Virus record (IMG/VR): IMGVR_UViG_3300042448_000646
Coordinates: 1 to 64,000 of that record
Origin: a virus
Strand: one strand, 5' to 3'
Length of the DNA: 64,000 nucleotides
Positions 19,605 through 29,588 of the stretch are shown here, piece after piece. The notes below the pieces were generated by a model that was not told the DNA's origin, ran no database searches, and saw only the letters and a program-made list of their open reading frames with translations. Positions within the stretch are counted from its first letter, which is position 1, and each line of letters opens with the position of its first letter. The position numbers and the translations under genes are program-made.

Positions 19605-20045
19605 ATGAAAAAGCTCATTATAATTCTACTCACTGCATTTGCAGTTACCCTAAACGCTCAGTGTTATAAAATTGACACTGTTCGCAATCACACGCACTTA
19701 CGTACCATAGCAGGAAGACCTGTTGATTTTGGAGTAGTGGCTACAGCAGAACAATTAATTGTAAACAAGTACTCTTTGTGCGACACAGGCATTAAAGTAG
19801 AGCTAGCAATTAACACAATTGCATTACCTCAAAGGCTTATAAACATTATAGGAATTCAACTATTAAAGAGGGATTATGTAGTCAATATGTCTATTACAGC
19901 TAATAACATTACACATTATTCTAGGAACGTAAAAACTGTATATGTTAATGCAATGTTCTTGACAGTCGAGGAGATTCCTCACAATAAAAAAGCATATTCT
20001 AAGGCAGTAGAGAAGTGTTTAATTGATTTGGTTAAGGAGCTATAG
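19605..20045 (+). CDS. Exported hypothetical protein
   Basis: Signal MKKLIIILLTAFAVTLNA-Q. The C-terminal helix SKAVEKCLIDLVKEL resembles the end of the CsgG-like protein. Confidence 0.65.
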   Translation: MKKLIIILLTAFAVTLNAQCYKIDTVRNHTHLRTIAGRPVDFGVVATAEQLIVNKYSLCDTGIKVELAINTIALPQRLINIIGIQLLKRDYVVNMSITANNITHYSRNVKTVYVNAMFLTVEEIPHNKKAYSKAVEKCLIDLVKEL

Positions 20046-20080
20046 CCCGTATTTACTGCATTCCTTACGTGTAGGTTTAC

Positions 20081-20110
20081 CTTAACTTGCCGTGTTAAGT
20101 TTTTGTTTTA
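20081..20110 (+). terminator. Weak possible terminator closing the cassette
   Basis: CTTAAC-N7-GTTAAG followed by TTTTTGTTTT. Confidence 0.35.
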
Positions 20111-20134
20111 ACTTAATTAGTTATAACTTATGAC

Positions 20135-20164
20135 TTGACTTTTTATATTGTAATGCTATATTTG
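20135..20164 (+). promoter_or_regulatory. Bacteroidota promoter (TTGAC-17-TATATTTG)
   Basis: Consensus match followed by an ACAGACAACCAACC leader and the ATG at 20195. Confidence 0.72.
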
Positions 20165-20194
20165 TAGCAGTTGTAACAGACAACCAACCACAGT

Positions 20195-20584
20195 ATGAAA
20201 AAACTTTTACGGAAGTACCCTGACCCTATTTTAATCCATAAGGACTACATTGATGTTTTGCTGAGACTAGCAGGATATCGTTTATCTGATTTATCAGTAA
20301 CAATTTTAGCATACTCTAGTTACAGAAAAGCTTTGACTTCAGACACTAAAAAAGAAATTGCTGCTAAGTTCAATACGACTATCCAAGTAATTTCAAACAC
20401 AATTACTAAACTTAGAAAACAACAGTTACTTCTGAAAAACAACTTAAACCCTAAACTAAAACCAGAGAATGACCATCAATCGGCATTGACTATTTATTTT
20501 ACTTTAGAACCTAAAACTAAAATAAGAAAAGAAGTATTAACCGAAAACACCTTTAAAGTAAAACAAGAAGAAGTTGTTGCATGA
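20195..20584 (+). CDS. Helix-turn-helix DNA-binding protein
   Basis: KKEIAAKFNTTIQVISNTITKLRKQQLL winged-HTH-like pattern. Confidence 0.6.
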   Translation: MKKLLRKYPDPILIHKDYIDVLLRLAGYRLSDLSVTILAYSSYRKALTSDTKKEIAAKFNTTIQVISNTITKLRKQQLLLKNNLNPKLKPENDHQSALTIYFTLEPKTKIRKEVLTENTFKVKQEEVVA

Positions 20585-21141
20585 GAAAAGACCTTCAAAT
20601 AGAACTTAAAGTATTTGGATTATATAGTACGGCAGCCAAAGAGTTAAAGTGCACAAGTTCAGAGGTAGACGAAGTTTATTCTTGGTATCTAGGAGAAATT
20701 ATAAACTCTCTAAAGAATACTGAAACTAAACAAGTTTACCTCAAAGGCTTAGGTCGCTTTAGGGCTAACCCTGCGTGCATTCCAAATATACTCTACTTTA
20801 ATGTTGTGAGGTATCGTGAGATGGCTAACTTTATGTTGAAATTTCCAAAGTATCATACAAAAGGTAGGGCAGTATTTATGGATAATATTTATCAAAACTA
20901 TAAAAAGCTCTATGAAGAAGGTTTAACTAAGATGGACATTCTTTTAAATGAACCTATATTTGATAAGCCTATGTATCATAAACAGAAACAAAGACTTATT
21001 GATTTTAAAAAAGACAGACTAGAACAACTATATGAATCCATTTGCAGACTACATGAACTTGCTGAAGTTGGGAGTAAAGAACGCCGACAAAATAATCGAG
21101 GGGATCAGCAACAAGACATTGAAAGAATTCAATTTACTTAA
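20581..21141 (+). CDS. Hypothetical protein with an HU/IHF-like N-terminal motif
   Basis: AAKEL...EVDEVY...II..L....QVYLKGLGRFR. ATGA overlap with the upstream gene. Confidence 0.5.
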   Translation: MRKDLQIELKVFGLYSTAAKELKCTSSEVDEVYSWYLGEIINSLKNTETKQVYLKGLGRFRANPACIPNILYFNVVRYREMANFMLKFPKYHTKGRAVFMDNIYQNYKKLYEEGLTKMDILLNEPIFDKPMYHKQKQRLIDFKKDRLEQLYESICRLHELAEVGSKERRQNNRGDQQQDIERIQFT

Positions 21142-21406
21142 AGATGATGACAAGCAACTTATCACAGACAGAATGGACATTTGTCTCAACTGTCCCTACA
21201 ACTCAAGAAATGCTAAACTATCTCCCGAGTACATGGCTCTTACGGGTGTCCCATACGCTACTGGAAGAGCCGAATTCCACTGTGCATTATGTGGTTGTAT
21301 CCTCGAATTTAAAACCGCCTGCCTAACTTGTGACTGTGGTATTACTCAATGGAATTCTAATAATTCACTAAAGAAACTACCTTTGAAGTGGGAAAAGAAA
21401 CTTTAA
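21032..21406 (+). CDS. Cys-rich zinc-binding protein
   Basis: RMDICLNCP...CALCGC...KTACLTCDC...KW; overlaps the upstream gene by 110 nt. Confidence 0.7.
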   Translation: MNPFADYMNLLKLGVKNADKIIEGISNKTLKEFNLLKDDDKQLITDRMDICLNCPYNSRNAKLSPEYMALTGVPYATGRAEFHCALCGCILEFKTACLTCDCGITQWNSNNSLKKLPLKWEKKL

Positions 21407-21417
21407 CATCTATCTAT

Positions 21418-21570
21418 ATGAAAAAACCATCAATCAAATTAAAAGGTATTACAAACCTTAAAAAAGCATTCCGTATTCTTAATGGATGTAATGGAAACAA
21501 AGGCACTAAGTGCGGAGTTGAAGTTTACTATATGCCTGCAGATAGTAAGCTCCAAGAAATTAAAGCCTAA
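21418..21570 (+). CDS. Small basic hypothetical protein
   Basis: The ATG at 21418 fills the gap between neighbouring genes. Confidence 0.45.
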   Translation: MKKPSIKLKGITNLKKAFRILNGCNGNKGTKCGVEVYYMPADSKLQEIKA

Positions 21571-21573
21571 CCT

Positions 21574-21774
21574 ATGACAAAACAACCAACCAAACGTTTA
21601 TTACCTGAGAGCTCTCCTACTTTCCAAGACAACTTGTTTATGATAACAAAAGTCTTTTGGAAAGCAGGATACTCTTATGGTAAAACTGGACGTAATGATG
21701 ATTTTTATGCTCGTCTACTTGAAGATTTTGTTAGTCTTCCACAAGAGGAGTTTATAGCCAAATACGATAACTAA
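21574..21774 (+). CDS. Hypothetical protein
   Basis: Tightly packed ORF within the operon. Confidence 0.55.
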   Translation: MTKQPTKRLLPESSPTFQDNLFMITKVFWKAGYSYGKTGRNDDFYARLLEDFVSLPQEEFIAKYDN

Positions 21775-21778
21775 TAAT

Positions 21779-22096
21779 ATGGCACAGAAAAAACAAACTT
21801 ATATCTCTGCTGAACTAGATTGGGCAGAAGAAAAACTTGCAGAGTGGAGACAGTATGTAGATGCCAACCCCTTAAACTCACTTAAAGATAGAGTAGAGTG
21901 GAAGCCTACTTCTAAAGGAGGTTCTATACCTATGGTGATTGCATCTATTGAACAACAAATTAAATCTATTCGAGATACTATGAAAGAGTATCTTGCACTA
22001 CTTGATGTAGTAGATAAACTGAGGGAGAAAGAGGAAGCTAAACTTGAGATTAGAGGATCACAAGAGGTGAATGGCAAGATGAGTAAGTTTACGTAA
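21779..22096 (+). CDS. Putative terminase small subunit
   Basis: Helical protein ending IRGSQE, located 1 nt upstream of the terminase large subunit. Confidence 0.45.
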   Translation: MAQKKQTYISAELDWAEEKLAEWRQYVDANPLNSLKDRVEWKPTSKGGSIPMVIASIEQQIKSIRDTMKEYLALLDVVDKLREKEEAKLEIRGSQEVNGKMSKFT

Positions 22097-22097
22097 G

Positions 22098-24098
22098 ATG
22101 CATTTAGATAGCCCAGAATTTTTTGTCAATGTTAGATCTGTTCCTGATAAGGAGTCTTCTGAGTATGTGGCTTTTTGGGAAGAAGAAGATAAAAAGATAA
22201 CTGAAGGTATTACCATTAATGGTTTTTACTTTTCTCCTTTTATCTATTGGCATTTAAATTATTGGTCTATTTATGTGGATACTATAGTAGGCACTAGGCA
22301 AGTTCGTAAACTTGACCGCCCACAATTATGGGATACTTATTTAGCTGTTGACGAAACAATACACAGAGCTGAAAATCATATTGAAGGTAAAAAAGGGGTT
22401 GTAATGGTGGGGTCTCGACGAATCTCTAAATCAGTATTGACTTCATCGTATATTACCCATAAAGCAGTAACTCAAAGAGGTAGTGATAATCTAATCTCAG
22501 CTTTGAATGGCCCTGACTTAAAAATTATAACAGAGTACGTAGATTTAGGTTTACGTAATCTTCCAGAGTACTTTAAGTTTCCTCGTATCGAAGATGATTG
22601 GAAACGACAAGTAACCCTAGGATATAAAGATAAACAAAACGTAAGAAATGAATGGTCTAAATTCCATATACGAAACTTTGATGAAGGCAACAATACGGAA
22701 GCGGCTGCTGGTCTTACTCTATCTTCTTTTCTCTTGGAGGAAGGAGGAAAAGGAAAGATTCTCAACTGCTTGGCGGCAACTACCCCTTGTTTTGACAGCC
22801 CATATGGATGGCGTTGTTCTCCTTTTGTCATTGGGACTTCGGGAGATATGACAAAAGCAGGGGACTTGGAAGAACTTTTCAATAACCCTGAAGCTTATAA
22901 TTTTCTTCCTGTAGAATCTACAGAGTCTGGCAAATCCTATGGTTTGTTTATTCCAGGTACTAAATCATTAAAAGTTCCAAAAGAACCAAAACCTTTAGGA
23001 CTCTATTTAGAAAAAGAACTACCCTCAGAATTAGACAACGTTGTAATTTGGGTGTCTGATGAAAAAAAAGGAAAAGAACTTATTTTAAAATCACGTGAAC
23101 AAATTAAAAAATCAAGTGGTCTTGAAGCGTACTTAAAGGAAGTAATGTATTACCCTCTTACACACGAAGAGTGTTTCTTAGAACTTTCACAGAATATCTT
23201 TCCAGTAGATTTACTTCAAGAGCAATTACAAAAGATAACTGCACTTGATGCTAACCCTGACTATGTTGAATTAGTTCAAAAAGCCGATGGTAGTATAGGA
23301 CATAAGTTTACAGAGAAGAAACCAGTACAGACCTTTCCTTCTAAACCTACGGATAATCTTGAAGGGGTTGTTCAGATTTGGGAATATCCTATCCTAGGCG
23401 CCCCGTATGGTCTCTATACTGCAGGGACTGACCCATATAAACAATCACAAGCTAAATACTCTACTTCATTAGGATCGACTTACATATACAAACGTGTGCA
23501 TGATATTGCAGGAGAGGGATGGCAAAATATTGTAGTAGCCTCCTACACAGGACGTCCTAGAAAAATTGAAATGTGGTATGAAATGACCAAGATGCTTCTT
23601 AAGTATTATAATGCTAAAAGTCTTTGTGAAAACATGGATATGGGATTTATCCAGCATTGTATTGAAAAGAATGAAGCAGCTTTCTTTTTAGAACGTACTC
23701 CTTCTTTTTTAAATGATATTCACCCAAGCAGTGCAGTGAATAGAGAATACGGAATACATATGACTAGTGACATTAAAGATTATTTGAACTCTTTAATCAT
23801 TGAGTATGTTACTGAAGTTATTGATAGAGAGGTAGATAAAGATGGAAACGTCACAAAAGAAAGACTAGGAGTAACACGAATTTTAGATCCTTTGTTGTTA
23901 AAGGAATTAATTAAATTCACCCCTAAGTTAAACGTCGATAGGGTTATTTCATTTGGACTTACTTTAGCAATGGCAAAATCTTTGAATGGAAAATCAATTA
24001 TAGTATCTTCTACAGAAGATGCACGTATGCAAGATTACTTCAAAACATCTAAAACTAAGCAACTTTTTAGAACAACTAGGAACCCATTTAGGTACTAA
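22098..24098 (+). CDS. terL: Terminase large subunit
   Basis: Walker A-like VGSRRISKS, Walker B FLLEEGGK, motif III VIGTSG, nuclease AGTDPY and NVDRVIS; crAss-type size and position. Confidence 0.92.
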   Translation: MHLDSPEFFVNVRSVPDKESSEYVAFWEEEDKKITEGITINGFYFSPFIYWHLNYWSIYVDTIVGTRQVRKLDRPQLWDTYLAVDETIHRAENHIEGKKGVVMVGSRRISKSVLTSSYITHKAVTQRGSDNLISALNGPDLKIITEYVDLGLRNLPEYFKFPRIEDDWKRQVTLGYKDKQNVRNEWSKFHIRNFDEGNNTEAAAGLTLSSFLLEEGGKGKILNCLAATTPCFDSPYGWRCSPFVIGTSGDMTKAGDLEELFNNPEAYNFLPVESTESGKSYGLFIPGTKSLKVPKEPKPLGLYLEKELPSELDNVVIWVSDEKKGKELILKSREQIKKSSGLEAYLKEVMYYPLTHEECFLELSQNIFPVDLLQEQLQKITALDANPDYVELVQKADGSIGHKFTEKKPVQTFPSKPTDNLEGVVQIWEYPILGAPYGLYTAGTDPYKQSQAKYSTSLGSTYIYKRVHDIAGEGWQNIVVASYTGRPRKIEMWYEMTKMLLKYYNAKSLCENMDMGFIQHCIEKNEAAFFLERTPSFLNDIHPSSAVNREYGIHMTSDIKDYLNSLIIEYVTEVIDREVDKDGNVTKERLGVTRILDPLLLKELIKFTPKLNVDRVISFGLTLAMAKSLNGKSIIVSSTEDARMQDYFKTSKTKQLFRTTRNPFRY

Positions 24099-24197
24099 AC
24101 TGTACTTATTTTAAAATTTTAAGTAGCAAAATTAAGATTTGGTATTATTTTTACGGCTAGTTATACTTTAAAAGTTAATACCTTAACATCCATTGTT

Positions 24198-26648
24198 ATG
24201 ATCATAGAAGCACTCAAAGAGTACACCGATGCGTTAAATCACTCATACTTTTATCCAGAGCAATTTGTCTCTGCATCCAAGAAACAAAAGCCTCAGTGGA
24301 TTAAATCTACTCTAGACTATTTTGCAAATATTGCATTTGCTCAGTACAAACAGAACGTTAAGTTCCGTAAAAACTACCGTTTGTTTAATGGGGAGTTTAA
24401 CTTTGATGATTATACTAATGAGCCTCAGATTAAAGAAATCATGGGTTATCTATCAGATACCCCTGACCAAGAGCCAGAAATTCCTCAACATCTTAAGCAC
24501 TACCCTATTGTTAACCCTCCTATTAACCAATTAAAAGGGGAGTTAATTAACCGTCCTTTTAAGTATAAAGTCAAAGCAGTAGACGATGCAAGTGTTGACG
24601 AGAACATTGATTTTCGTACAGACCTAATTAAAGAGTTCTTTATGAATAAAATGGTTGCTCGTTTAGAAGGAGTGCCAGAAGACCAGTTAGAACAAATCCA
24701 ATCAGAGATGATGGCAGAGATTCAAAACAAGATTTTGGATTATACTTCTACTGCTGAAGATTGGGGTAACAAAGTACTTAATGCTTTAAAGTACACTTTC
24801 CGTTTAAAAGAAAAGTCTAGTCAAGGTTTTTTAGATTTCTTGATTACAGGACAACAGTACCACCACTTTTACCCAGATAATTCACGTATTGGCTTTACTT
24901 ATAAAGTAGAGAATCCATCTAATGTATGGTATTTAGCGAATCGTAATGCTATGTACACTACAGATTGTTGGGCATTAGGTACAATTGAAGTTCTTTCTGT
25001 AAGTGAAATAGTTGAAAGATATAATGTTTCAGGTGAAGAAATAAAACATCTTAACTCACGTTCTCTTCAAAATCTTCGTAACAATGAATATTCTCCTTTA
25101 TCTCCTGCTCTCCCAGACCCAAACGACCCTCTGTGGCAGTTGACGTTTGAGAACGTAGGTGACTTTGCCAACGGAGGTATTGACCATAACGTATTCTCAT
25201 TTAACTCTCAGCATGCATTTACAGTAGTTACTTGTTATTGGCAGTCTAAGAAAAAGATTTTTAAGCGCCAGTACATTGACGAAGAAGGCTATTTACAAGA
25301 TCAGTTTGTTTCTGAAGACTATAAATACGATAAGACAATGGGAGATATTGCCTTAGATGAGTTATGGATTAACGAGTGGTGGAAAGGAATTAAGATTGGC
25401 GCTGATATTTATATTGACGTAGAACCTCTAGAATATAGTCAAACTCCTCCAATTGTAGGAATTATAAATACAACTAGAAACACTCAAGGTAAATCTTTAC
25501 TAGACTTACTTAAGCCTTACCAGGTTCTTTACAACATTTGTATGAACCAATTATGGGAACTACTAGAGAAAGAAATTGGAGTAGTGTTCTTAGGTGATCT
25601 TAAAGTAGTACCTAAGAAAGATTCGCAAGATCCAATTGAAACAATGTTATGGAATGCCAAGAACAGAGGTTCTTTGTTTATTGATACATCTCCAGAAAAT
25701 ACAGGAGGGGCTGTACAATTCAACCAATTATCACGAGTTGACTTAACTAGAACTGCAGAAATACAATCACGTATTCAGTTAGCCCAAGCACTTAGGACTG
25801 AAGCATACGAACTGGTAGGTATTACTCGTCAACGGTTAGGTGCAATGACTGCCTCTGAAACTGCCACTGCTACTAAAGAAGGATTAACTCAATCATTCTC
25901 TCAAACAGAAACATGGTTTGCTTGGCATGATAATATAATGCAACAAGTGTATCAAACAATGTTAGAGATGGCACAGTACACAGAATTGCAAAAACCAACT
26001 TCTACTTTAAACTATCTCAACTCAGAACTAGAGACTGTATTCTTACGTATAACTAAGAATGAGTTGCTTCGTGAATTGTTTGTATTTGTAACTTCATATG
26101 CTGAAGATAGAGTAACTCTAGAACAGTTAAGGTCATTAGCACAACCAGCACTTCAGAATGGAGCAGAACTTATTGAGATATTTGATTTGTATACTGCAGC
26201 ATCAGAACGTTCTCTTCGTAAAGTCCTTGAAGGAGTACAAGAGCGTAAGGCTTCATTGCAACAGCAACAAATGCAACAACAACAGCAACAGATGGAAATG
26301 CAAAATCAGCAGTTCCAAACTAAAATGCAAGTTGATGCTGAACAAAAAGAAACTGAAGCACGTCGTGAGGATATGAATAAAGAACTTGATCGTCAGAACA
26401 GACTTGACGTTGAGAAACTTAAAGGTATTGCTAACGAAGGTTCTTTCTCACAAGAAAAAGATTTGACTCCATTACTTATCCAACAAACCAATATGTCTAA
26501 AGAACAATCTAAGCTAAGGTTTGAACAATCTAAGAATGAAGATCAAAATAAACTAAAAAGTAGAGAGCTTGATTTAAAGGAGAAAGACATAGACACTAAG
26601 CTCCAAATAGCCAAGCAAAACAAGAATAAATACGATAATAAGAGGTAA
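24198..26648 (+). CDS. Portal protein
   Basis: 816 aa directly after terL, with HYPIVNPPINQLKGE, WINEWWKGIKIG, SLLDLLKPYQVLYN, GITRQRLG and a Q-rich coiled-coil tail; crAss-like portal pattern. Confidence 0.9.
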   Translation: MIIEALKEYTDALNHSYFYPEQFVSASKKQKPQWIKSTLDYFANIAFAQYKQNVKFRKNYRLFNGEFNFDDYTNEPQIKEIMGYLSDTPDQEPEIPQHLKHYPIVNPPINQLKGELINRPFKYKVKAVDDASVDENIDFRTDLIKEFFMNKMVARLEGVPEDQLEQIQSEMMAEIQNKILDYTSTAEDWGNKVLNALKYTFRLKEKSSQGFLDFLITGQQYHHFYPDNSRIGFTYKVENPSNVWYLANRNAMYTTDCWALGTIEVLSVSEIVERYNVSGEEIKHLNSRSLQNLRNNEYSPLSPALPDPNDPLWQLTFENVGDFANGGIDHNVFSFNSQHAFTVVTCYWQSKKKIFKRQYIDEEGYLQDQFVSEDYKYDKTMGDIALDELWINEWWKGIKIGADIYIDVEPLEYSQTPPIVGIINTTRNTQGKSLLDLLKPYQVLYNICMNQLWELLEKEIGVVFLGDLKVVPKKDSQDPIETMLWNAKNRGSLFIDTSPENTGGAVQFNQLSRVDLTRTAEIQSRIQLAQALRTEAYELVGITRQRLGAMTASETATATKEGLTQSFSQTETWFAWHDNIMQQVYQTMLEMAQYTELQKPTSTLNYLNSELETVFLRITKNELLRELFVFVTSYAEDRVTLEQLRSLAQPALQNGAELIEIFDLYTAASERSLRKVLEGVQERKASLQQQQMQQQQQQMEMQNQQFQTKMQVDAEQKETEARREDMNKELDRQNRLDVEKLKGIANEGSFSQEKDLTPLLIQQTNMSKEQSKLRFEQSKNEDQNKLKSRELDLKEKDIDTKLQIAKQNKNKYDNKR

Positions 26649-26693
26649 CAATTTCTTTTTATCTATATTCACACACTCACTTTTTTTAACCTA

Positions 26694-26723
26694 TTGTGTT
26701 AATTTTTTAATAGATTAACTTTG
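26694..26723 (+). promoter_or_regulatory. Bacteroidota promoter for the scaffold/capsid genes
   Basis: TTGTG-17-TAACTTTG followed by an ACAGACAAACCAACC leader. Confidence 0.55.
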
Positions 26724-26751
26724 AAAACAGACAAACCAACCACCCATTGTC

Positions 26752-27945
26752 ATGAATAATAACCCAGAAAACGACCAATTAGGTTTAGACAACCTAGAGT
26801 TCTTTGAAAATTTTGCTACTGAAGATTTACTACAAGATCCTCAGTTCGACCCAAACGCTAATCTTGCCCCTGATATTTTAGCAGGAGAAAAGATGGATTT
26901 AGACGATGAAGACCTTCCGATGGGAGGGCAACAGAAATCAACTGAACCCATTGCTCCTACTTCAAAACCAGAGCTTCTAGAGGATAATCCTATTGAAGAA
27001 GATGAAGAAGAAGGAACTGCTGTAGAAGCAGATGCCTTAGCGAATGAAGATGACGAGGAAATTAACTACTATGAAGCATTTGGAAAAGGTCTTCTCCGTT
27101 CAGGTCACTTTGACTTGGGCCAAGAGGTCAACCCAGATGAAGTAGAGTGGACAGAGGAATCTTTCCTAGAGATGATGTCTACAACTGTAGAGAACAAAGC
27201 TTGGAAACAACTAGAAGAAATTGCTACTGAGGCTTATGGCCAAGAAGGAATTGAATTAGTAAAAGATCTTTTTATTAATAAAGTTCCTGTTCAACAATAT
27301 CTTTCTAAGTACAACGAACAAATTGCACTAGAAAATATTGACTTGACTAATCCTCAAAACCAAGAAGCAATCTTCCGTGAGTATTTATCTCGCACGGGCT
27401 TAGATGCTGAAGAAGTTGAAGAGCAGTTAGAGTACGCTGTCAAAACAAACAAACTTGAAAACTTCTCTGAAAAGTATTATGTAAAACTTTTAGAGCGTAG
27501 TAGACAAGAGAGGGAAGCTTTGGCTGAACAGAGTGCTCAACGTCAAAGAGAAATCCAGGAAAGAGAAAATACAAGACAAGAGTCTTATATTAAAACTCTC
27601 GAAGATGCTATCAAAACAGGAGATATTAATGGGTATCCCATTAATCAAAACGAAGCTTCTACCTTGTTTGATTATGTAACTAGTAAAAACTACCAGTTAC
27701 CTAACGGACAAAAGATTAGTGAGTTTGAGTTTACTCTAGCTAAGATGCGTCAGGACGATCCTCAAAAGTTTTTAGCAGTAGCAAGATTAGTTCAATCTAA
27801 CTTAGATCTAACTCCTGTAAAGAAGAAAGGTGTAAGTGAAGAGACAAACTCAATTTTCAAAGAATTGCAAAATAAGTCTAAAAAAGGACCTAAAGGAGAA
27901 CCTAGGAAAGAGACCCAACTCTTTAGTAATTTCTTCGGAAGATAA
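26752..27945 (+). CDS. Putative scaffolding protein
   Basis: Very acidic disordered N-terminus and helical/coiled-coil body; sits between portal and major capsid genes. Confidence 0.65.
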   Translation: MNNNPENDQLGLDNLEFFENFATEDLLQDPQFDPNANLAPDILAGEKMDLDDEDLPMGGQQKSTEPIAPTSKPELLEDNPIEEDEEEGTAVEADALANEDDEEINYYEAFGKGLLRSGHFDLGQEVNPDEVEWTEESFLEMMSTTVENKAWKQLEEIATEAYGQEGIELVKDLFINKVPVQQYLSKYNEQIALENIDLTNPQNQEAIFREYLSRTGLDAEEVEEQLEYAVKTNKLENFSEKYYVKLLERSRQEREALAEQSAQRQREIQERENTRQESYIKTLEDAIKTGDINGYPINQNEASTLFDYVTSKNYQLPNGQKISEFEFTLAKMRQDDPQKFLAVARLVQSNLDLTPVKKKGVSEETNSIFKELQNKSKKGPKGEPRKETQLFSNFFGR

Positions 27946-27975
27946 TAAACTAAGCACACATAAACAAAAAATAAA

Positions 27976-29505
27976 ATGCCTAATCAATCCATTACCAGAG
28001 TTAACGGACGCGTTATAGCTAACGCCCACGTTACTAGCTCATACTATTCTAAGAATAGTTTGGGTAAACTGACTGACAAAAACTTTGTCGAGTCAATGTT
28101 GAAAACTAAGCCAGACCAGTATGACAAAGTTATGTTGCGTCTGTTTACTGACACTCGCTTGTATTCTAACGACTTGTTAGATCTTGTGATGAAGAACGGT
28201 AAACCTTTCATGGTTAACGATCCTAACGGAGTCTTCACTTACAAAATCAAGAAGCGTGCTGAATTGCCAAAGATTATCTCAAACTTTGCTACTACTGTTG
28301 CAAAGCCTGGTATCGATGGACAAGAATTTGAAATCGTATTTGACAAACAAGGTTTTGTTGCAAACGATATCATTTCTGCACACCGTTATGAGCAAGAGAC
28401 TTTGGTACAAATCGTATCTGAGCCTGAGCGTTATCAAAACGGATTCAAGTATCGTTGTCGTGCCGTTGCCGCTAGTAGCACTGATTTCGTTAACCAACGT
28501 TTCTTGGTTGTCGGTACTGAGTACTTCAAAGTAGGTAACGTACTAGGCGAATTTACCACTTCATTCTCTAGCTTGGGAATTTTTGATGGTAACTTGGAAG
28601 TTATGGCTGACGTGTTGAGTCAATATGGTGTTGAACACACTATCACTGACTGGGCTGATGCTACTAAACTTGGTATGCAAACTGATGCAACTGGTAATCC
28701 TATGGATTTGACTTACTACACTTTGACTGATCCTACTGCAGAAGCAGAAAAGACTAAGATTGTAGGTTGGGAACCAACAGTATCTCGTTTGTTGCGTATG
28801 GAAATGATGCGTATGAAAGCAAACATGATCATGTGGGGTCGTCAAGGTCAAACCAAAGACGAAAGAGGTCGCTCTACTCGTATGAAGCAAGGTTTGTGGC
28901 AGCAGTTGCACTTGGGTAATATCATCCAGTATGACCGTGGTCAGTTCTCTTTGAACTTGATTCGTACTGCAATTGGTGATTTGTTCTACAACCGTGTGTT
29001 GATTGCTGATCGTAAAGTAAAAGTTTACACCAACCGTTCAGGTATGGAGTTGGCTTCTACTGCTATCAAGAAAGACTTTAACAGTGCTAACTTCATGGTT
29101 TCTGCTGATAAGTTCATGGATGGTAAAGATCGTTTGAAGCAAGGTTATGCTCTTCAATTTGACCACTACATGACTACTGAAACTGGTCCTGTTGAATTCG
29201 TAGAATTGGAACAGTTGAACATGCATGCTACTTTCTTGGAATTAGGACCTAATAAGAAAACTCCTCCAATCTTTATCGTACTTGACGTATCTGGTCAAGA
29301 AGATTCAGGTATCCGTGAGGTTAAGTTGTCTACTCGTCCTAACATGTACTACCAGTACATTCCAGGTTCAGTAGGATTCGGATCTCAACAAACTGTAATT
29401 GCTAACAAAGATCCTTATAGCACTTACATCATGAAAGACTTCTGCGGTGTCTTCTTGGAAGATCCTACCAGAACTGTAATCATTAAAGAATACCCACGTC
29501 TCTAA
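27976..29505 (+). CDS. Major capsid protein (crAss-like)
   Basis: 509 aa with strongly biased codon usage, PGIDGQEFEIVF, GLWQQL and CGVFLEDPTR; followed by a strong hairpin. Confidence 0.88.
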   Translation: MPNQSITRVNGRVIANAHVTSSYYSKNSLGKLTDKNFVESMLKTKPDQYDKVMLRLFTDTRLYSNDLLDLVMKNGKPFMVNDPNGVFTYKIKKRAELPKIISNFATTVAKPGIDGQEFEIVFDKQGFVANDIISAHRYEQETLVQIVSEPERYQNGFKYRCRAVAASSTDFVNQRFLVVGTEYFKVGNVLGEFTTSFSSLGIFDGNLEVMADVLSQYGVEHTITDWADATKLGMQTDATGNPMDLTYYTLTDPTAEAEKTKIVGWEPTVSRLLRMEMMRMKANMIMWGRQGQTKDERGRSTRMKQGLWQQLHLGNIIQYDRGQFSLNLIRTAIGDLFYNRVLIADRKVKVYTNRSGMELASTAIKKDFNSANFMVSADKFMDGKDRLKQGYALQFDHYMTTETGPVEFVELEQLNMHATFLELGPNKKTPPIFIVLDVSGQEDSGIREVKLSTRPNMYYQYIPGSVGFGSQQTVIANKDPYSTYIMKDFCGVFLEDPTRTVIIKEYPRL

Positions 29506-29522
29506 TCTAGACGGTCTTTAGA

Positions 29523-29548
29523 AGGGGAGGGTTTCACGACTCTCCCCT
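29523..29548 (+). terminator. Strong hairpin after the capsid gene (terminator or stability element)
   Basis: AGGGGAGGGT-TTCACG-ACTCTCCCCT with no T-tail. Confidence 0.55.
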
Positions 29549-29588
29549 AATAAGGATATTAGATTAACTAAAACAATCAACCAAAATA

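Noticed and set aside
24100-24175. AT-rich palindrome and degenerate promoter between terL and portal
   Set aside because: The match to TAnnTTTG is imperfect, and such palindromes are expected in very AT-rich sequence.
26258-26330. CAA/CAG repeat encoding poly-Gln
   Set aside because: It is part of the portal's C-terminal coiled coil, not a separate element.
22098-29505. Introns or inteins in terL, portal or capsid genes
   Set aside because: The ORFs are continuous and of ordinary length, with no homing-endonuclease or intein motifs seen.
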